From contig JBFKDW010000023.1 of the NCBI GenBank assembly GCA_041619515.1, positions 1 to 36,477 on the forward strand: 36,477 nt of DNA, given 5' to 3'. This document shows positions 27,797 through 36,476 of the stretch, piece after piece; position 1 is the first letter of the stretch; each line of letters starts with the position of its first letter. The translations under genes and the position numbers were made by a program. The notes beneath the pieces were generated by a model. It was given only the letters and a program-made list of their open reading frames with translations. It ran no database searches and was not told the origin of the DNA. This DNA comes from Acidimicrobiia bacterium. Lineage in GTDB: Bacteria; Actinomycetota; Acidimicrobiia; Spongiisociales; SHLN01.

Positions 27797-28291
27797 CTAG
27801 TCAAGATTCCCCTCGTGCGGTCCGCCGTGATCCTGGCCGGCGGACGGCGGCCAAACGAGATCGAAGCGCTCGAGCACCAGCTGGGTGTCGTCCTGCAGGC
27901 TGATCCCGAGGCGGGCGAAGAAGTCCACGTGGGCCTGCCTCCACCAGGCCAGCGTGCGGTCCCCCTCTCCTTCGGTCCAGGCGTACTCGGCGTCCACATC
28001 GCTCAGCGGGCGCACCTCGACGGAGGTGGTGACGACGACGCAGCGGGGATCACCGCCACCGTCGAGGATCACGCTGTATTCCCCCGCCTGAGGAAGCGGC
28101 TCACCCTCGGCCTCGTATTCGGCCAGCAGCCCGGTGGTGGCTCGCTTCGGGCCGTTGAGCACGAGCAGGGCGAGTTTGGTCTGCATCTCCGGGCGGGCTT
28201 CGTCGCCGAACGCCCAGGCCGTATACGGGCCATCTCGTCCGCCGGCTTCGAGGTAGGCCTTCCAGAAGTCTGTCACCCGGTCGTCTGGCAT
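27797..28291 (-). CDS. ASCH domain protein
   Basis: AWAFGD, LVLNGPKRATT and EGEGDRTLAWWRQAH. Confidence 0.9.
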   Translation of the reverse strand: MPDDRVTDFWKAYLEAGGRDGPYTAWAFGDEARPEMQTKLALLVLNGPKRATTGLLAEYEAEGEPLPQAGEYSVILDGGGDPRCVVVTTSVEVRPLSDVDAEYAWTEGEGDRTLAWWRQAHVDFFARLGISLQDDTQLVLERFDLVWPPSAGQDHGGPHEGNLD

Positions 28292-28366
28292 CGGTTGGCA
28301 GGGTACTCCCAACGGGCATTCCATGTCGCTGCTGTGGCACTGCGCGTGATTTCGGCACTATTCGGC

Positions 28367-28396
28367 TTGCCCGCAGCCCCGGAGGCGTGATACCGT
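28367..28396 (+). promoter_or_regulatory. Putative sigma-70-type promoter of the sigma factor gene
   Basis: TTGCCC-N18-TACCGT with an extended TG. AGGAGG SD lies downstream. Confidence 0.4.
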
Positions 28397-28449
28397 GATT
28401 GGGCGGCCGGTGGGGGCAGGGTTCTGATCCCTAGCCGAAGGAGGAGTGC

Positions 28450-29382
28450 GTGGCCAGACGGGCCAAGGAGTCACCGTCTCTAGCCGATGGCGTCGGCAAG
28501 TACCTGGAAGAAGTCTCCTCGCACGACCTCCTCGACGCCGAAGACGAAGTCCGACTTGCCCGTGCCATCGAGCGCGGCCGCCGCGCCCAGCTCCGTCTGG
28601 ACACCGAAAGCAAGCTGAGCGCCGCCCAGCGGGCTGAGCTGTTTCGTGAGACCCACGCCGCCGATGAGGCCAAGACCGAGTTCATCCGTTCCAACCTCCG
28701 CCTGGTGGTCTCCATCGCCAAGCGCTACTCGGGCCGCGGACTCGACCTGCTCGACCTGATTCAGGAAGGAAATCTCGGCTTGATCCGGGCAGTCGAGAAG
28801 TTCGACTGGCGCAAGGGATTCAAATTCTCGACGTACGCCACGTGGTGGATACGTCAGGCGATTACCCGCGGGCTCGGTAATCAGGCTCGCACCATCCGGC
28901 TGCCTGTGCACATGGTCGACGTTGTTCGCACCGTTCAGGAAACGATGATGGTTCTGAACCAGGACCTCCACCGGGCGCCGACGTTGCAGGAGATCTCGGA
29001 GATGACCGGGCTCGACGTCGAGCGTGTGCGGGCGGCGCTGGACGCACCCGGCGACACCGTCTCGCTCGACCGACCGGTCGGCTCCGAAAGTGAGGCCGAG
29101 CTCGGAGATTTTGTCGAAGACCTCGATGCCCCCGATCCGTTCCTGGCGGCCGTGGCGGGCGCCCGCACCGGCCACCTGCTCAAGGCGCTCGAAGTGCTGG
29201 AACCGACCGAGCGCGACATCATCAAGCTTCGGTACGGGCTCGACGGCGCTCCTCCGCGGACGTTGTCCGACGTCGGCAAGACGTTCGGCCTCACCCGGGA
29301 ACGGGTCCGCCAGATCGAGGGCAGAGCTCTCTCCAAGCTGCGCCATCCCTCCTGCGCCTTCGAGCTGGAGGCGCTCATCTGA
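28450..29382 (+). CDS. RNA polymerase sigma-70 factor, RpoD-like group 2 (SigB/HrdD-like, no region 1.1)
   Basis: NLRLVVSIAKRY, DLIQEGNLGL, KFSTYATWWIRQAI and TRERVRQIE. Confidence 0.93.
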   Translation: MARRAKESPSLADGVGKYLEEVSSHDLLDAEDEVRLARAIERGRRAQLRLDTESKLSAAQRAELFRETHAADEAKTEFIRSNLRLVVSIAKRYSGRGLDLLDLIQEGNLGLIRAVEKFDWRKGFKFSTYATWWIRQAITRGLGNQARTIRLPVHMVDVVRTVQETMMVLNQDLHRAPTLQEISEMTGLDVERVRAALDAPGDTVSLDRPVGSESEAELGDFVEDLDAPDPFLAAVAGARTGHLLKALEVLEPTERDIIKLRYGLDGAPPRTLSDVGKTFGLTRERVRQIEGRALSKLRHPSCAFELEALI

Positions 29383-30514
29383 CCTGGCCGGCGGTCGCCG
29401 AGGCGGCCTGGTAGGCATCGAGGTACGCGCTTGCGATGGCGTCCCAGCGGTAGGCGCCCGCCAGGCGCAACGCTGCCGCCCTCGCCGACTCCCAGTCCCC
29501 CGACGGCATTGTGCTCAGGGCTTCGAGCTGTGAGGAGAGAGCACCCTCCGGCGCCACCCAGCCTGCCCCGGAGGCCGTAACCGGGAGCGTCGCTTCTACC
29601 TCGGGACTGACCGCAGCGGGCAACCCGTGGGAGAGAGCTTCCAGCAGGACCATCGGCATGCCCTCGAAGCGCGAAAGGAGCACGAAGAGGTCGGCTCCGG
29701 CATATGCCTCGTGCAGCTCCCGGCCCCGGCGGGGCCCGACCAGGTGAATGCGATCGCCCCCGGCCAGCCCGCGCTTGATCTCCTCGAGACGGAGGCGGTC
29801 GGCGCGATAGTCGGGGCCGACCACAGCAAGATGCCACCCGGGGCTGGCTGCAACCTGGCGGACGGCCTCGTCGATTCGCTTGTGGTACAGGTCGATTCTT
29901 CCCACGAACAAGGCGAGCCGCTCTGATGGCTCCAGCCCGAGCTGTGCCCGAAGGGCCGAGGAATCCAGACCAAAGGGAGGGTCGGCAACACCGTTCGGAA
30001 TCACGTGAGTGGGGCCCTCGAAGCCGAATGCCTCTATTTCACCGGCCTCTGCCGGAGTCAGGGCAAAAGCCGCCGCCACCCGCCGCAGCATGGGAAGCTC
30101 GACGAGGCGGCGGAAGACCCGCTTCTTGACCGCGGATTGAGCCAGCGAGGCGGCCGAATACACCCCGTGAGGCGAGAGAACGATCGGCCGGGCGATCCGG
30201 CGAGCAAGCAGGTTGTTCTGCGGACTGAACGCGCTGTGCAGATGCACCACGTCGCCTTCGAGCTCGTCGTCGAGCATCTGCCGGGCCGCCGGTGCCAGCG
30301 ACCACGTGTTGGGGCTCTCCGGTATCTCCCGGTGAACGATGCCGGCGTCGTCGAGAGCTGCAACCAGCTCGGTCCGGTTGGCCGGCCACGGCGACAGGTT
30401 CCATACCTCGACCTGGTTCCCGGCTCGGGCCAACGCCGTCACCAGCCCGACGATCGCCGTGTAGACGCCGGAGAACGGATCAAGCTTGTAGGGGACGACG
30501 TGCACGATCCTCAT
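29375..30514 (-). CDS. Glycosyltransferase family 4
   Basis: MRIVHV, SPHG, VIPNGV, LFVGRI and SRFEGMPMVLLEA (EX7E). Confidence 0.92.
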   Translation of the reverse strand: MRIVHVVPYKLDPFSGVYTAIVGLVTALARAGNQVEVWNLSPWPANRTELVAALDDAGIVHREIPESPNTWSLAPAARQMLDDELEGDVVHLHSAFSPQNNLLARRIARPIVLSPHGVYSAASLAQSAVKKRVFRRLVELPMLRRVAAAFALTPAEAGEIEAFGFEGPTHVIPNGVADPPFGLDSSALRAQLGLEPSERLALFVGRIDLYHKRIDEAVRQVAASPGWHLAVVGPDYRADRLRLEEIKRGLAGGDRIHLVGPRRGRELHEAYAGADLFVLLSRFEGMPMVLLEALSHGLPAAVSPEVEATLPVTASGAGWVAPEGALSSQLEALSTMPSGDWESARAAALRLAGAYRWDAIASAYLDAYQAASATAGQVR

Positions 30515-30548
30515 CCATCAGTCATCGACCGCGCTCAGAACAATTTGA
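30515..30548 (-). promoter_or_regulatory. Possible fourth copy of the sigma-28-like motif (TCAAA-N14-GTCGAT-N9-ATG)
   Basis: Same 9-nt distance to the ATG. The spacer is one base shorter and the -35 lies within the nucS 3' end. Confidence 0.35.
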
Positions 30549-31194
30549 GGTGATTCGATTCGATGCCTCGCAGCTCGTCATAGTCGACCTCGAGCCACTC
30601 GATCCCCCGGTCGTCGGCCAGAGCCCGCGCCTGCGGGGTGATGTCGATGGCGACCAGCATGCCGCGTACCGACTCGAAGCGAGAGTCGCGCCGCAAAAAG
30701 TCGAGATACCGAGTGAGTTGCTCGACACCGTCTATCCCTCCCTTGCGCTTGACCTCGATCGCAACGGCCCCGCCGTCGGTCCCTCGGCACAGCAGGTCGA
30801 CCGGACCGATCGACGTCGGGTATTCGCGCCGCACCAGCGTCAGCCCGGTCCCCAGGACCTCGACGCGCTCGGCCAGCAGCTGCTGGATCTGCATCTCGAC
30901 ACCGTCCTTTTCGAGGCCGGGATCCTGGCCGAGCTCGTGACGGGTATCTGAATGGATCTCGTGCAGGGTGATGGTGAGAGACTCGCCTTTCGGGTTCGTC
31001 ACGATCCACCGGCCGGCCTCCTCGATCAGCGTGTTGGGCGCGTTCATCCAATTGAGCGGCTTGTAGGCGCCGCCGTCGGCGTGAATGGCAACACACCCGT
31101 CGGCCTTCACCATGATGAGACGGGTGGCTGCCGGCAGGTGGGCCGAGAGGCGCCCCTCGTAGTCGACGCTGCAGTCGGCGATAACGATGCGCAT
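30535..31194 (-). CDS. nucS: Mismatch-specific endonuclease NucS
   Basis: [34 protein letters not shown] and DGVEQLTRY. Confidence 0.96.
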   Translation of the reverse strand: MRIVIADCSVDYEGRLSAHLPAATRLIMVKADGCVAIHADGGAYKPLNWMNAPNTLIEEAGRWIVTNPKGESLTITLHEIHSDTRHELGQDPGLEKDGVEMQIQQLLAERVEVLGTGLTLVRREYPTSIGPVDLLCRGTDGGAVAIEVKRKGGIDGVEQLTRYLDFLRRDSRFESVRGMLVAIDITPQARALADDRGIEWLEVDYDELRGIESNHLKLF

Positions 31195-31232
31195 GGCGCG
31201 GCAGGGTAGCCAACCCGGCCGGCTCCTCCGTC

Positions 31233-31763
31233 CTATCCGAGCTCGGTGGTCTGGATCACCGTCGAGAGCCGCCCGGTGGTGACGTCGTACAGGTGGCCTG
31301 AGACCCGCAACTCGCCCGGGACGGCCGGATGGGACCGCAGCCGCTCGATATCGGCGGCGAGCGCCTCGGCCGGGCTGGCGATCGCATAGGTCTCGACGAC
31401 CGAGGAAGTCCCAAACCGGGCCGTCACTTCGGCGGCTACGCCGGGATCCGTAAAGCGCTCCATCCCGCAGCCGGTGTGCTCGACGATCATGAGCTCGAGC
31501 GACGGCGGGGCGTCGTTGACCATGGTCAGGAGCATCCAGGCCATCGACAGCTCGGTCGCCACCGCTTCGGTGACACGGGCGCCGGCGGTGCGCAGGACGA
31601 AGGCATCGCCGAGCTCGAGGCCGGCGAAGCGGGCCGGGTCGAGCCTGGCATCCATGCAGGTGAGGATGACCGTGGACAGGTTCGGCGTGATGCCGAGCTT
31701 GCTGCCGTCGAAGGTCTCGGCGAAGGCGCGGTTCTGCTCGTAGATCCCAGTGAGATCAGACAT
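31233..31763 (-). CDS. Beta-class carbonic anhydrase family protein
   Basis: TCMDAR and HTGCG zinc ligands, RTAGARVT and YDVTTGRL. Confidence 0.9.
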   Translation of the reverse strand: MSDLTGIYEQNRAFAETFDGSKLGITPNLSTVILTCMDARLDPARFAGLELGDAFVLRTAGARVTEAVATELSMAWMLLTMVNDAPPSLELMIVEHTGCGMERFTDPGVAAEVTARFGTSSVVETYAIASPAEALAADIERLRSHPAVPGELRVSGHLYDVTTGRLSTVIQTTELG

Positions 31764-31833
31764 CTCGTATTCCCCTTGGTTGCTGGGAACCTACCGCGAC
31801 CAGGCGCCGGACCTCAACCAGTTCCGGTGGGAT

Positions 31834-33240
31834 CTAGCCGACGCTGCCGATCATCTGCAACTCGATGAGCCGGTTGAGCTCGACCGCATACTCCATCGGG
31901 AGCTCTTTCACGATGGGCTCGACGAAGCCGGCCACGATCATGGTGGTGGCCTCCTCCTCAGAGAGCCCGCGGCTCATCAGATAGAACAACTGGTCGTCGC
32001 CCACCTTGGAGATGGTGGCCTCGTGCCCGATCTGGGCGTCGGCTTCCTCGATCTCCATGTACGGATAGGTGTCGGAGCGGGAGTCCTCGTCGAGGATGAG
32101 GGCATCGCAGCGCACGAAGGACTTGACCCGTTCGGCGCCGTCTTCCACCCGCACCAGCCCCCGGTACCCTGCCCGGCCGCCGTCCTTGGAGATCGACTTG
32201 GATGTGATCAGCGACGTGGTGTTGGGGGCGGCGTGGACGATCTTGGCTCCGGCGTCCTGGTGCTGACCCTGGCCGGCGAAGGCAACCGACAGCACCTCAC
32301 CGTGGGCCCCCTCTTCCATGAGCCACACGGCCGGGTACTTCATGGTGAGCTTGGAGCCGAGGTTGCCGTCGACCCATTCCATGGTGGCGTTCCTGTAGGC
32401 GGCGGCCCGCTTGGTCACGAGGTTGTAGACGTTGTTGGACCAGTTCTGGATGGTCGTGTACCGGCACCGGCCACCTTCCTTGATCACGATCTCGACCACG
32501 GCCGAATGGAGTGAGTCGGAGGTCCAGATGGGGGCGGAGCAACCCTCGACGTAGTGCACGTAGGCGCCTTCGTCGACGATGATCAGCGTCCGCTCGAACT
32601 GGCCCATATTCTCGGCGTTGATGCGGAAGTAGGCCTGCAGCGGCTGGTCGACATGCACCCCCGGGGGCACGTAGATGAACGATCCGCCCGACCACACGGC
32701 GGAGTTCAGTGCGGCGAACTTGTTGTCGTTGGGCGGGATGATCGTCCCGAAGTACTCCTGAACGATCTCCGGATACTCACGCACCGCCGTGTCCATGTCG
32801 CAGAACAGCACGCCGAGCTGTTCGAGATCCTCGCGGTTCTTGTGATAGACCACCTCGGACTCGTATTGGGCGGTCACGCCCGCCAGGTACTTGCGTTCTG
32901 CCTGCGGGATGCCGAGCTTCTCGTACGTCTCTTTGATCGAGTCCGGGACCATGTCCCAGTCTTTTGCCTGACCATCGGTCGGCTTGATGTAGTAGTAGAT
33001 GTCGTCGAAGTCGATGTCTTCGAGCGCGCCGCCTCCGCCCCAGGTGGGGATGGGCTTGCGGAGGAAGCGCTGGTACGCCTTGAGGCGGAAGCTGAGCATC
33101 CATTCGGGCTCGCCCTTCATGGCCGACATCTCGCGGATGATCGCCTCGTTCAAGCCCTTCTTCGGCTTGAAGACGTACTCATCCTCGTTGTCGTGCCAAC
33201 CGAGCTGGTAAGCACCGAGATCGATATCAACAGTTGCCAT
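31834..33240 (-). CDS. sufB: Fe-S cluster assembly protein SufB
   Basis: [35 protein letters not shown] and [14 protein letters not shown]. Start at ATG 33240 (in-frame GTG at 33258). Confidence 0.97.
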   Translation of the reverse strand: MATVDIDLGAYQLGWHDNEDEYVFKPKKGLNEAIIREMSAMKGEPEWMLSFRLKAYQRFLRKPIPTWGGGGALEDIDFDDIYYYIKPTDGQAKDWDMVPDSIKETYEKLGIPQAERKYLAGVTAQYESEVVYHKNREDLEQLGVLFCDMDTAVREYPEIVQEYFGTIIPPNDNKFAALNSAVWSGGSFIYVPPGVHVDQPLQAYFRINAENMGQFERTLIIVDEGAYVHYVEGCSAPIWTSDSLHSAVVEIVIKEGGRCRYTTIQNWSNNVYNLVTKRAAAYRNATMEWVDGNLGSKLTMKYPAVWLMEEGAHGEVLSVAFAGQGQHQDAGAKIVHAAPNTTSLITSKSISKDGGRAGYRGLVRVEDGAERVKSFVRCDALILDEDSRSDTYPYMEIEEADAQIGHEATISKVGDDQLFYLMSRGLSEEEATTMIVAGFVEPIVKELPMEYAVELNRLIELQMIGSVG

Positions 33241-33418
33241 GGGGGCCTTTCGAATCACCTAGCGAGGACTTCATTATGGCGCATCTGCTTGCCCTACAGA
33301 AGGGGCCGCTCAGCCCGTGCGCCTTGGCATCATGCGAGAGCAGGGCGTCGAGGGCGGTCGGGGAAGCGGGAGACGGATAGACCGGGCTCCCTCGGCGCCG
33401 CTGATCTCACACTCATGG

Positions 33419-33446
33419 AACGCTCGCAACCCCCCGTTTGGTTCCC
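33419..33446 (-). promoter_or_regulatory. Putative ECF (SigH/SigR/SigE-like) promoter pointing toward sufB
   Basis: GGGAACC-N17-CGTT on the minus strand. Confidence 0.4.
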
Positions 33447-33475
33447 GATTTCGGCCATTTTCCGCTGCCTCTGTG

Positions 33476-33698
33476 GTCTTCTCTCCCCCCGCAGGGGAAG
33501 TCCGACGCAGCCGGGAGGGGCGTCTTCTCTCCCCCCGCAGGGGGGAGTCGGGCGTAGCCGGGAGGGGGGCATCCCCGGAACCCACGCCCACGCCCCCTCC
33601 GACCCTCCGGGCCACCTCCCCCTCCGGAGGAGGAGACCCGTTCTCTCTCCCCCCGCAGAGGGGACCCCGACGCAGCCGGGAGGGGGGGCATCCCGGAG
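33476..33698. repeat. Cluster of REP-like GC-rich palindromic repeats
   Basis: Three direct copies of about TTCTCTCCCCCCGCAGGGG..GACGCAGCCGGGAGGGG (about 33476-33520, 33522-33574, 33641-33698) plus a diverged inverted unit at about 33592-33636. Confidence 0.85.
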
Positions 33699-33716
33699 AC
33701 CACCTATCCTCGCCGC

Positions 33717-34643
33717 ATGGATTTCGCGATCATGACCGAGCCGCAGACGGGTGGCACCTACAACGAGTTGCTCTCCGTTGCCCGCTGGGCCGAGGATCGT
33801 GGCCTCGTCTCGTTTGCGAGATCCGATCACTACTACTCCTTGGCGGATCCGGCCGAGCCTTCCACCGACGCCTTCGCCACTCTGGCGGGGCTGGCACGCG
33901 ACACCGGGACCATCCGCCTGTGCGTGCTCGTGTCACCGGTGACGTTCCGCCACCCGGCAGTGATCGTCAAGAACGCCCTCACCATCGACGAGATGTCGGG
34001 CGGCCGGTTCGACCTCGGAATCGGCACCGGCTGGATGGCCGAGGAGCACGCAGCCTTCGGCTTCGAGATGTGGCCGATGGCCGAGCGGTTCGGCCGCCTC
34101 GACGACGCCCTCCAATATGTCAGGGCCGCCCTGGGGCCCCAGCCCGCCCATCATGCCGGCCCCTACTACCAGCTCGAAGCCGACGTGCAACCGGGGCCGA
34201 CCGGGCCCCTCCCCATTGTCGTCGGCGGAACCGGCAAGAAGCGAACACCAACGCTGGCGGGAACGTACGCCGACGAGTACAACCAGTCGCCGGCACCGGT
34301 GGCGGTGCTGGCGGAGAACATCGAGACCATGCGGGCCGCGGCGACTGCGGCCGGACGCGATCCGTCCCACATCGTGACGAGTGTCATGGGGTCGGTGCTG
34401 GTGGGAACCGACGAGGGCTCGTACCGTGATCACCTCTATGCTGCGGCGGTGGAGCGCAATACCGAGCCCGAAGAGCTCGAGAATCGCTTCCTCGAGGCGG
34501 GCATCCCGGTGGGACCAGCCGAATCGGTTCGGGAGCTCATGCGACAGTGGCAGGCGGCGGGGGTGGACCGCTTCTACGTTCGACAGATGGAGCTCGGCGA
34601 CCTCGCCCTCCTAGACGAGAAGCTGACGGCGCTCGGAGGATGA
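33717..34643 (+). CDS. LLM-class (possibly F420-dependent) oxidoreductase
   Basis: FARSDHY, LVSPVTFRHPAV, SGGRFDLGIGTGW and IVVGGTG. TATCCT six nt before the ATG. Confidence 0.92.
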   Translation: MDFAIMTEPQTGGTYNELLSVARWAEDRGLVSFARSDHYYSLADPAEPSTDAFATLAGLARDTGTIRLCVLVSPVTFRHPAVIVKNALTIDEMSGGRFDLGIGTGWMAEEHAAFGFEMWPMAERFGRLDDALQYVRAALGPQPAHHAGPYYQLEADVQPGPTGPLPIVVGGTGKKRTPTLAGTYADEYNQSPAPVAVLAENIETMRAAATAAGRDPSHIVTSVMGSVLVGTDEGSYRDHLYAAAVERNTEPEELENRFLEAGIPVGPAESVRELMRQWQAAGVDRFYVRQMELGDLALLDEKLTALGG

Positions 34644-34740
34644 ACTACGGCGTCGAGATTCCCAACGTCGGCGATTGGGCCGATCCCAGGCACGTGGCCG
34701 AATTCGCCCGCCAGCGGCAAGCCGCCGGGTATGGGGCCCG
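34640..34740 (+). pseudogene. Truncated N-terminus of a second LLM-class oxidoreductase
   Basis: ATGA-coupled start giving MNYGVEIPNVGDWADPRHVAEFARQRQAAGYG. Similarity ends abruptly just before the convergent OmpA gene stop. Confidence 0.65.
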
Positions 34741-34752
34741 ATGTCGACTCCC

Positions 34753-36138
34753 TCAACCGCAGACGATCTCGACCCGCCGGTTCAATGACCGGGACGACTC
34801 GTCGGTGTCGGGCGACAGCAGGGGTTCGGTCTCGCCTTTTCCAACGGCCGCGATGTTGCCGGCTGGGAACCCCCTGGCAACCAGATCGTCGACAACCGCT
34901 CGAGCGCGCCGCTCGGAGAGGTCCTGGTTGTACTCGGTGGTCCCTTCCGTCGAGGTGTGGCCCTCGATCGATACCTGGGTGTAACCCCCGGCGACCAAGC
35001 CTGCGTACAGATCGGACAGCACTTGGGCGGATTCGGGCCGGATCACCGCCGAGTTGAAATCGAAGTTGACATAGACCGCGACGCCGCAGAACTGCGGCTC
35101 AGGGGGATCGTCGGAGCACGGGGTGGTTGTAACGTCGGGATCGGCCACAACCGAACGAGCTCCGAATACACCGCCGTTCTCGGACCAGATCGCCTGGATC
35201 GAATCATCCTCGTCCGCCACGAAGATGAAGGCGCTCGGCCGATCGCCGCGAGCAACGTCAACGCCGGTCGCACGGGCAATGCGTCCGTTGACGGTCCCAT
35301 TGATGACAATCGTGTCGAGACAGCCGGTGATCGTCGCGCCGGTTTGCTGCAACTCGAGCGGCAGGCCGGGAAGGTCGAGACGTTCCGTGAGTCGAAAATC
35401 CCATACGCCGGTGAACGCCTCCGACAGCGGCATTTCCTCCTGCGTGCCGTTGCCGATGATTTCGGTGAACTCCAGGTTGGTACGGCCCTCGTCACCGGCA
35501 ACAATGTTGATGCCGCCCGCCAGATCCACCTTGACCCACCGCACGGGTAGCACCACATCCGGGATTAGCTCGGTCATTTCCTGGTCGGGCTCGTGGGTCT
35601 CGAGCTCGAACTCGGCCAGCACCTGGAATCCGCGGTCGGCACCCTCAGCTGAGCCGGACACAGTCACCGTCTTGAAGAAGGTGACGTTACCGGGCGATTC
35701 AACGACGTTGGGGATAGCAAACCGATCAAACGTCGTCGTGCTCGGCAGCTTGTAGATGAGCTCGACCGGTTCCGCTCCATCGGTGGTGATGGTGAGCTCT
35801 TGCGGATCGCCGTCGATCATTCGAAGCGCTCTGCCAGCACTCCCGGTGGCCAGGCCGGTCTGATCGACGAACAGCGCGCCCTGGGCGAAGGTCAGCAAAT
35901 CGACCCGCTCGACCTCATCGGGCAGCTCGGCAACGGTCGTTGCTGTGGTCGTCGTGGTGCCATCGTCGACCGGCGAGTCGGCCGTCGTCGACGTGGTGGC
36001 CGGGATAGTGGTCGTGGCTGCAACGAGGGTCGTAGTCGATGTTGCGGCCGAGCCCTCGTCAGTCGAATCTCCGCCACTGCAGGCCCCGACCACCAAGGCG
36101 AGCAGTATGAGAATCGTCCCCATTCGATGTATGGACAT
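34753..36138 (-). CDS. Lipoprotein with a C-terminal OmpA-like peptidoglycan-binding domain
   Basis: Lipobox VGAC and Thr-rich linker. C-terminal VNFDFNSA, IEGHTS, YNQDLSERRA, GKGETEP and NRRVEI. GGAGG SD before ATG 36138. Confidence 0.88.
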   Translation of the reverse strand: MSIHRMGTILILLALVVGACSGGDSTDEGSAATSTTTLVAATTTIPATTSTTADSPVDDGTTTTTATTVAELPDEVERVDLLTFAQGALFVDQTGLATGSAGRALRMIDGDPQELTITTDGAEPVELIYKLPSTTTFDRFAIPNVVESPGNVTFFKTVTVSGSAEGADRGFQVLAEFELETHEPDQEMTELIPDVVLPVRWVKVDLAGGINIVAGDEGRTNLEFTEIIGNGTQEEMPLSEAFTGVWDFRLTERLDLPGLPLELQQTGATITGCLDTIVINGTVNGRIARATGVDVARGDRPSAFIFVADEDDSIQAIWSENGGVFGARSVVADPDVTTTPCSDDPPEPQFCGVAVYVNFDFNSAVIRPESAQVLSDLYAGLVAGGYTQVSIEGHTSTEGTTEYNQDLSERRARAVVDDLVARGFPAGNIAAVGKGETEPLLSPDTDESSRSLNRRVEIVCG

Positions 36139-36302
36139 TTCAGGCCCTCCATTCGACGGGGTGGGAACGAACCGGCGAGCAGACTCCAACGAATGGCTCG
36201 GACACCTGGGCACGGAGCCCATCCCACCACCCGATTCTATCGGTCCCGAATCAGCGATCTGTCGCCGGGTGCATCGCGTGTGTGCACCCCTCGAAAGCGC
36301 GG

Positions 36303-36476
36303 TCAGGCTTCCGGACGGGTCAGCTCTGCCAGTCGGCCGTCGGCGTCGAGGATTTGGAGGTCTTCCCAGCTGCCGATGTGCTCGCCGCCGATGAAGATAT
36401 GCGGGATTGACCGCGAACGCGGCAATCGGCGGGTGTACTCCTCGAGTCGATCGGGATCGGAGATGTCGTACTCGAC
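36303..36476 (-). CDS. Glutaredoxin, C-terminal part (5' end outside the window)
   Basis: Manual translation VEYDISD...RSIPHIFIGGEHIGSWEDLQILDADGRL* matches the Grx TVPxIFIGGxHIGG region. Confidence 0.8.
   Translation of the reverse strand, partial: VEYDISDPDRLEEYTRRLPRSRSIPHIFIGGEHIGSWEDLQILDADGRLAELTRPEA

Noticed and set aside
28450..29382. This sigma factor as the reader of the CCGAT promoter motif
   Set aside because: Its regions 2.4 and 4.2 (WWIRQAI, TRERVRQIE) are RpoD-like and expected to read TANNNT/TTGACA-type promoters, not FliA-type ones.
25588..31194. udgB, ASCH and nucS as a defence or repair island
   Set aside because: They are ordinary housekeeping genes separated by unrelated genes, with no mobility or defence markers.
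31834..33240. Intein in SufB, as in some mycobacteria
   Set aside because: Length is normal (about 468 aa) and the YVEGCSAP region is uninterrupted.
33476..33698. Repeat cluster as a CRISPR array
   Set aside because: Units are degenerate, nearly abutting or irregularly spaced, include an inverted copy, lack unique spacers of uniform length, and no cas genes are present.
36229..36265. ACCGAT upstream of the OmpA gene as a fifth motif copy
   Set aside because: No TCAAG-like -35 at the right distance and no in-frame start 9 nt downstream. The overlapping TAGAAT is a better ordinary -10.
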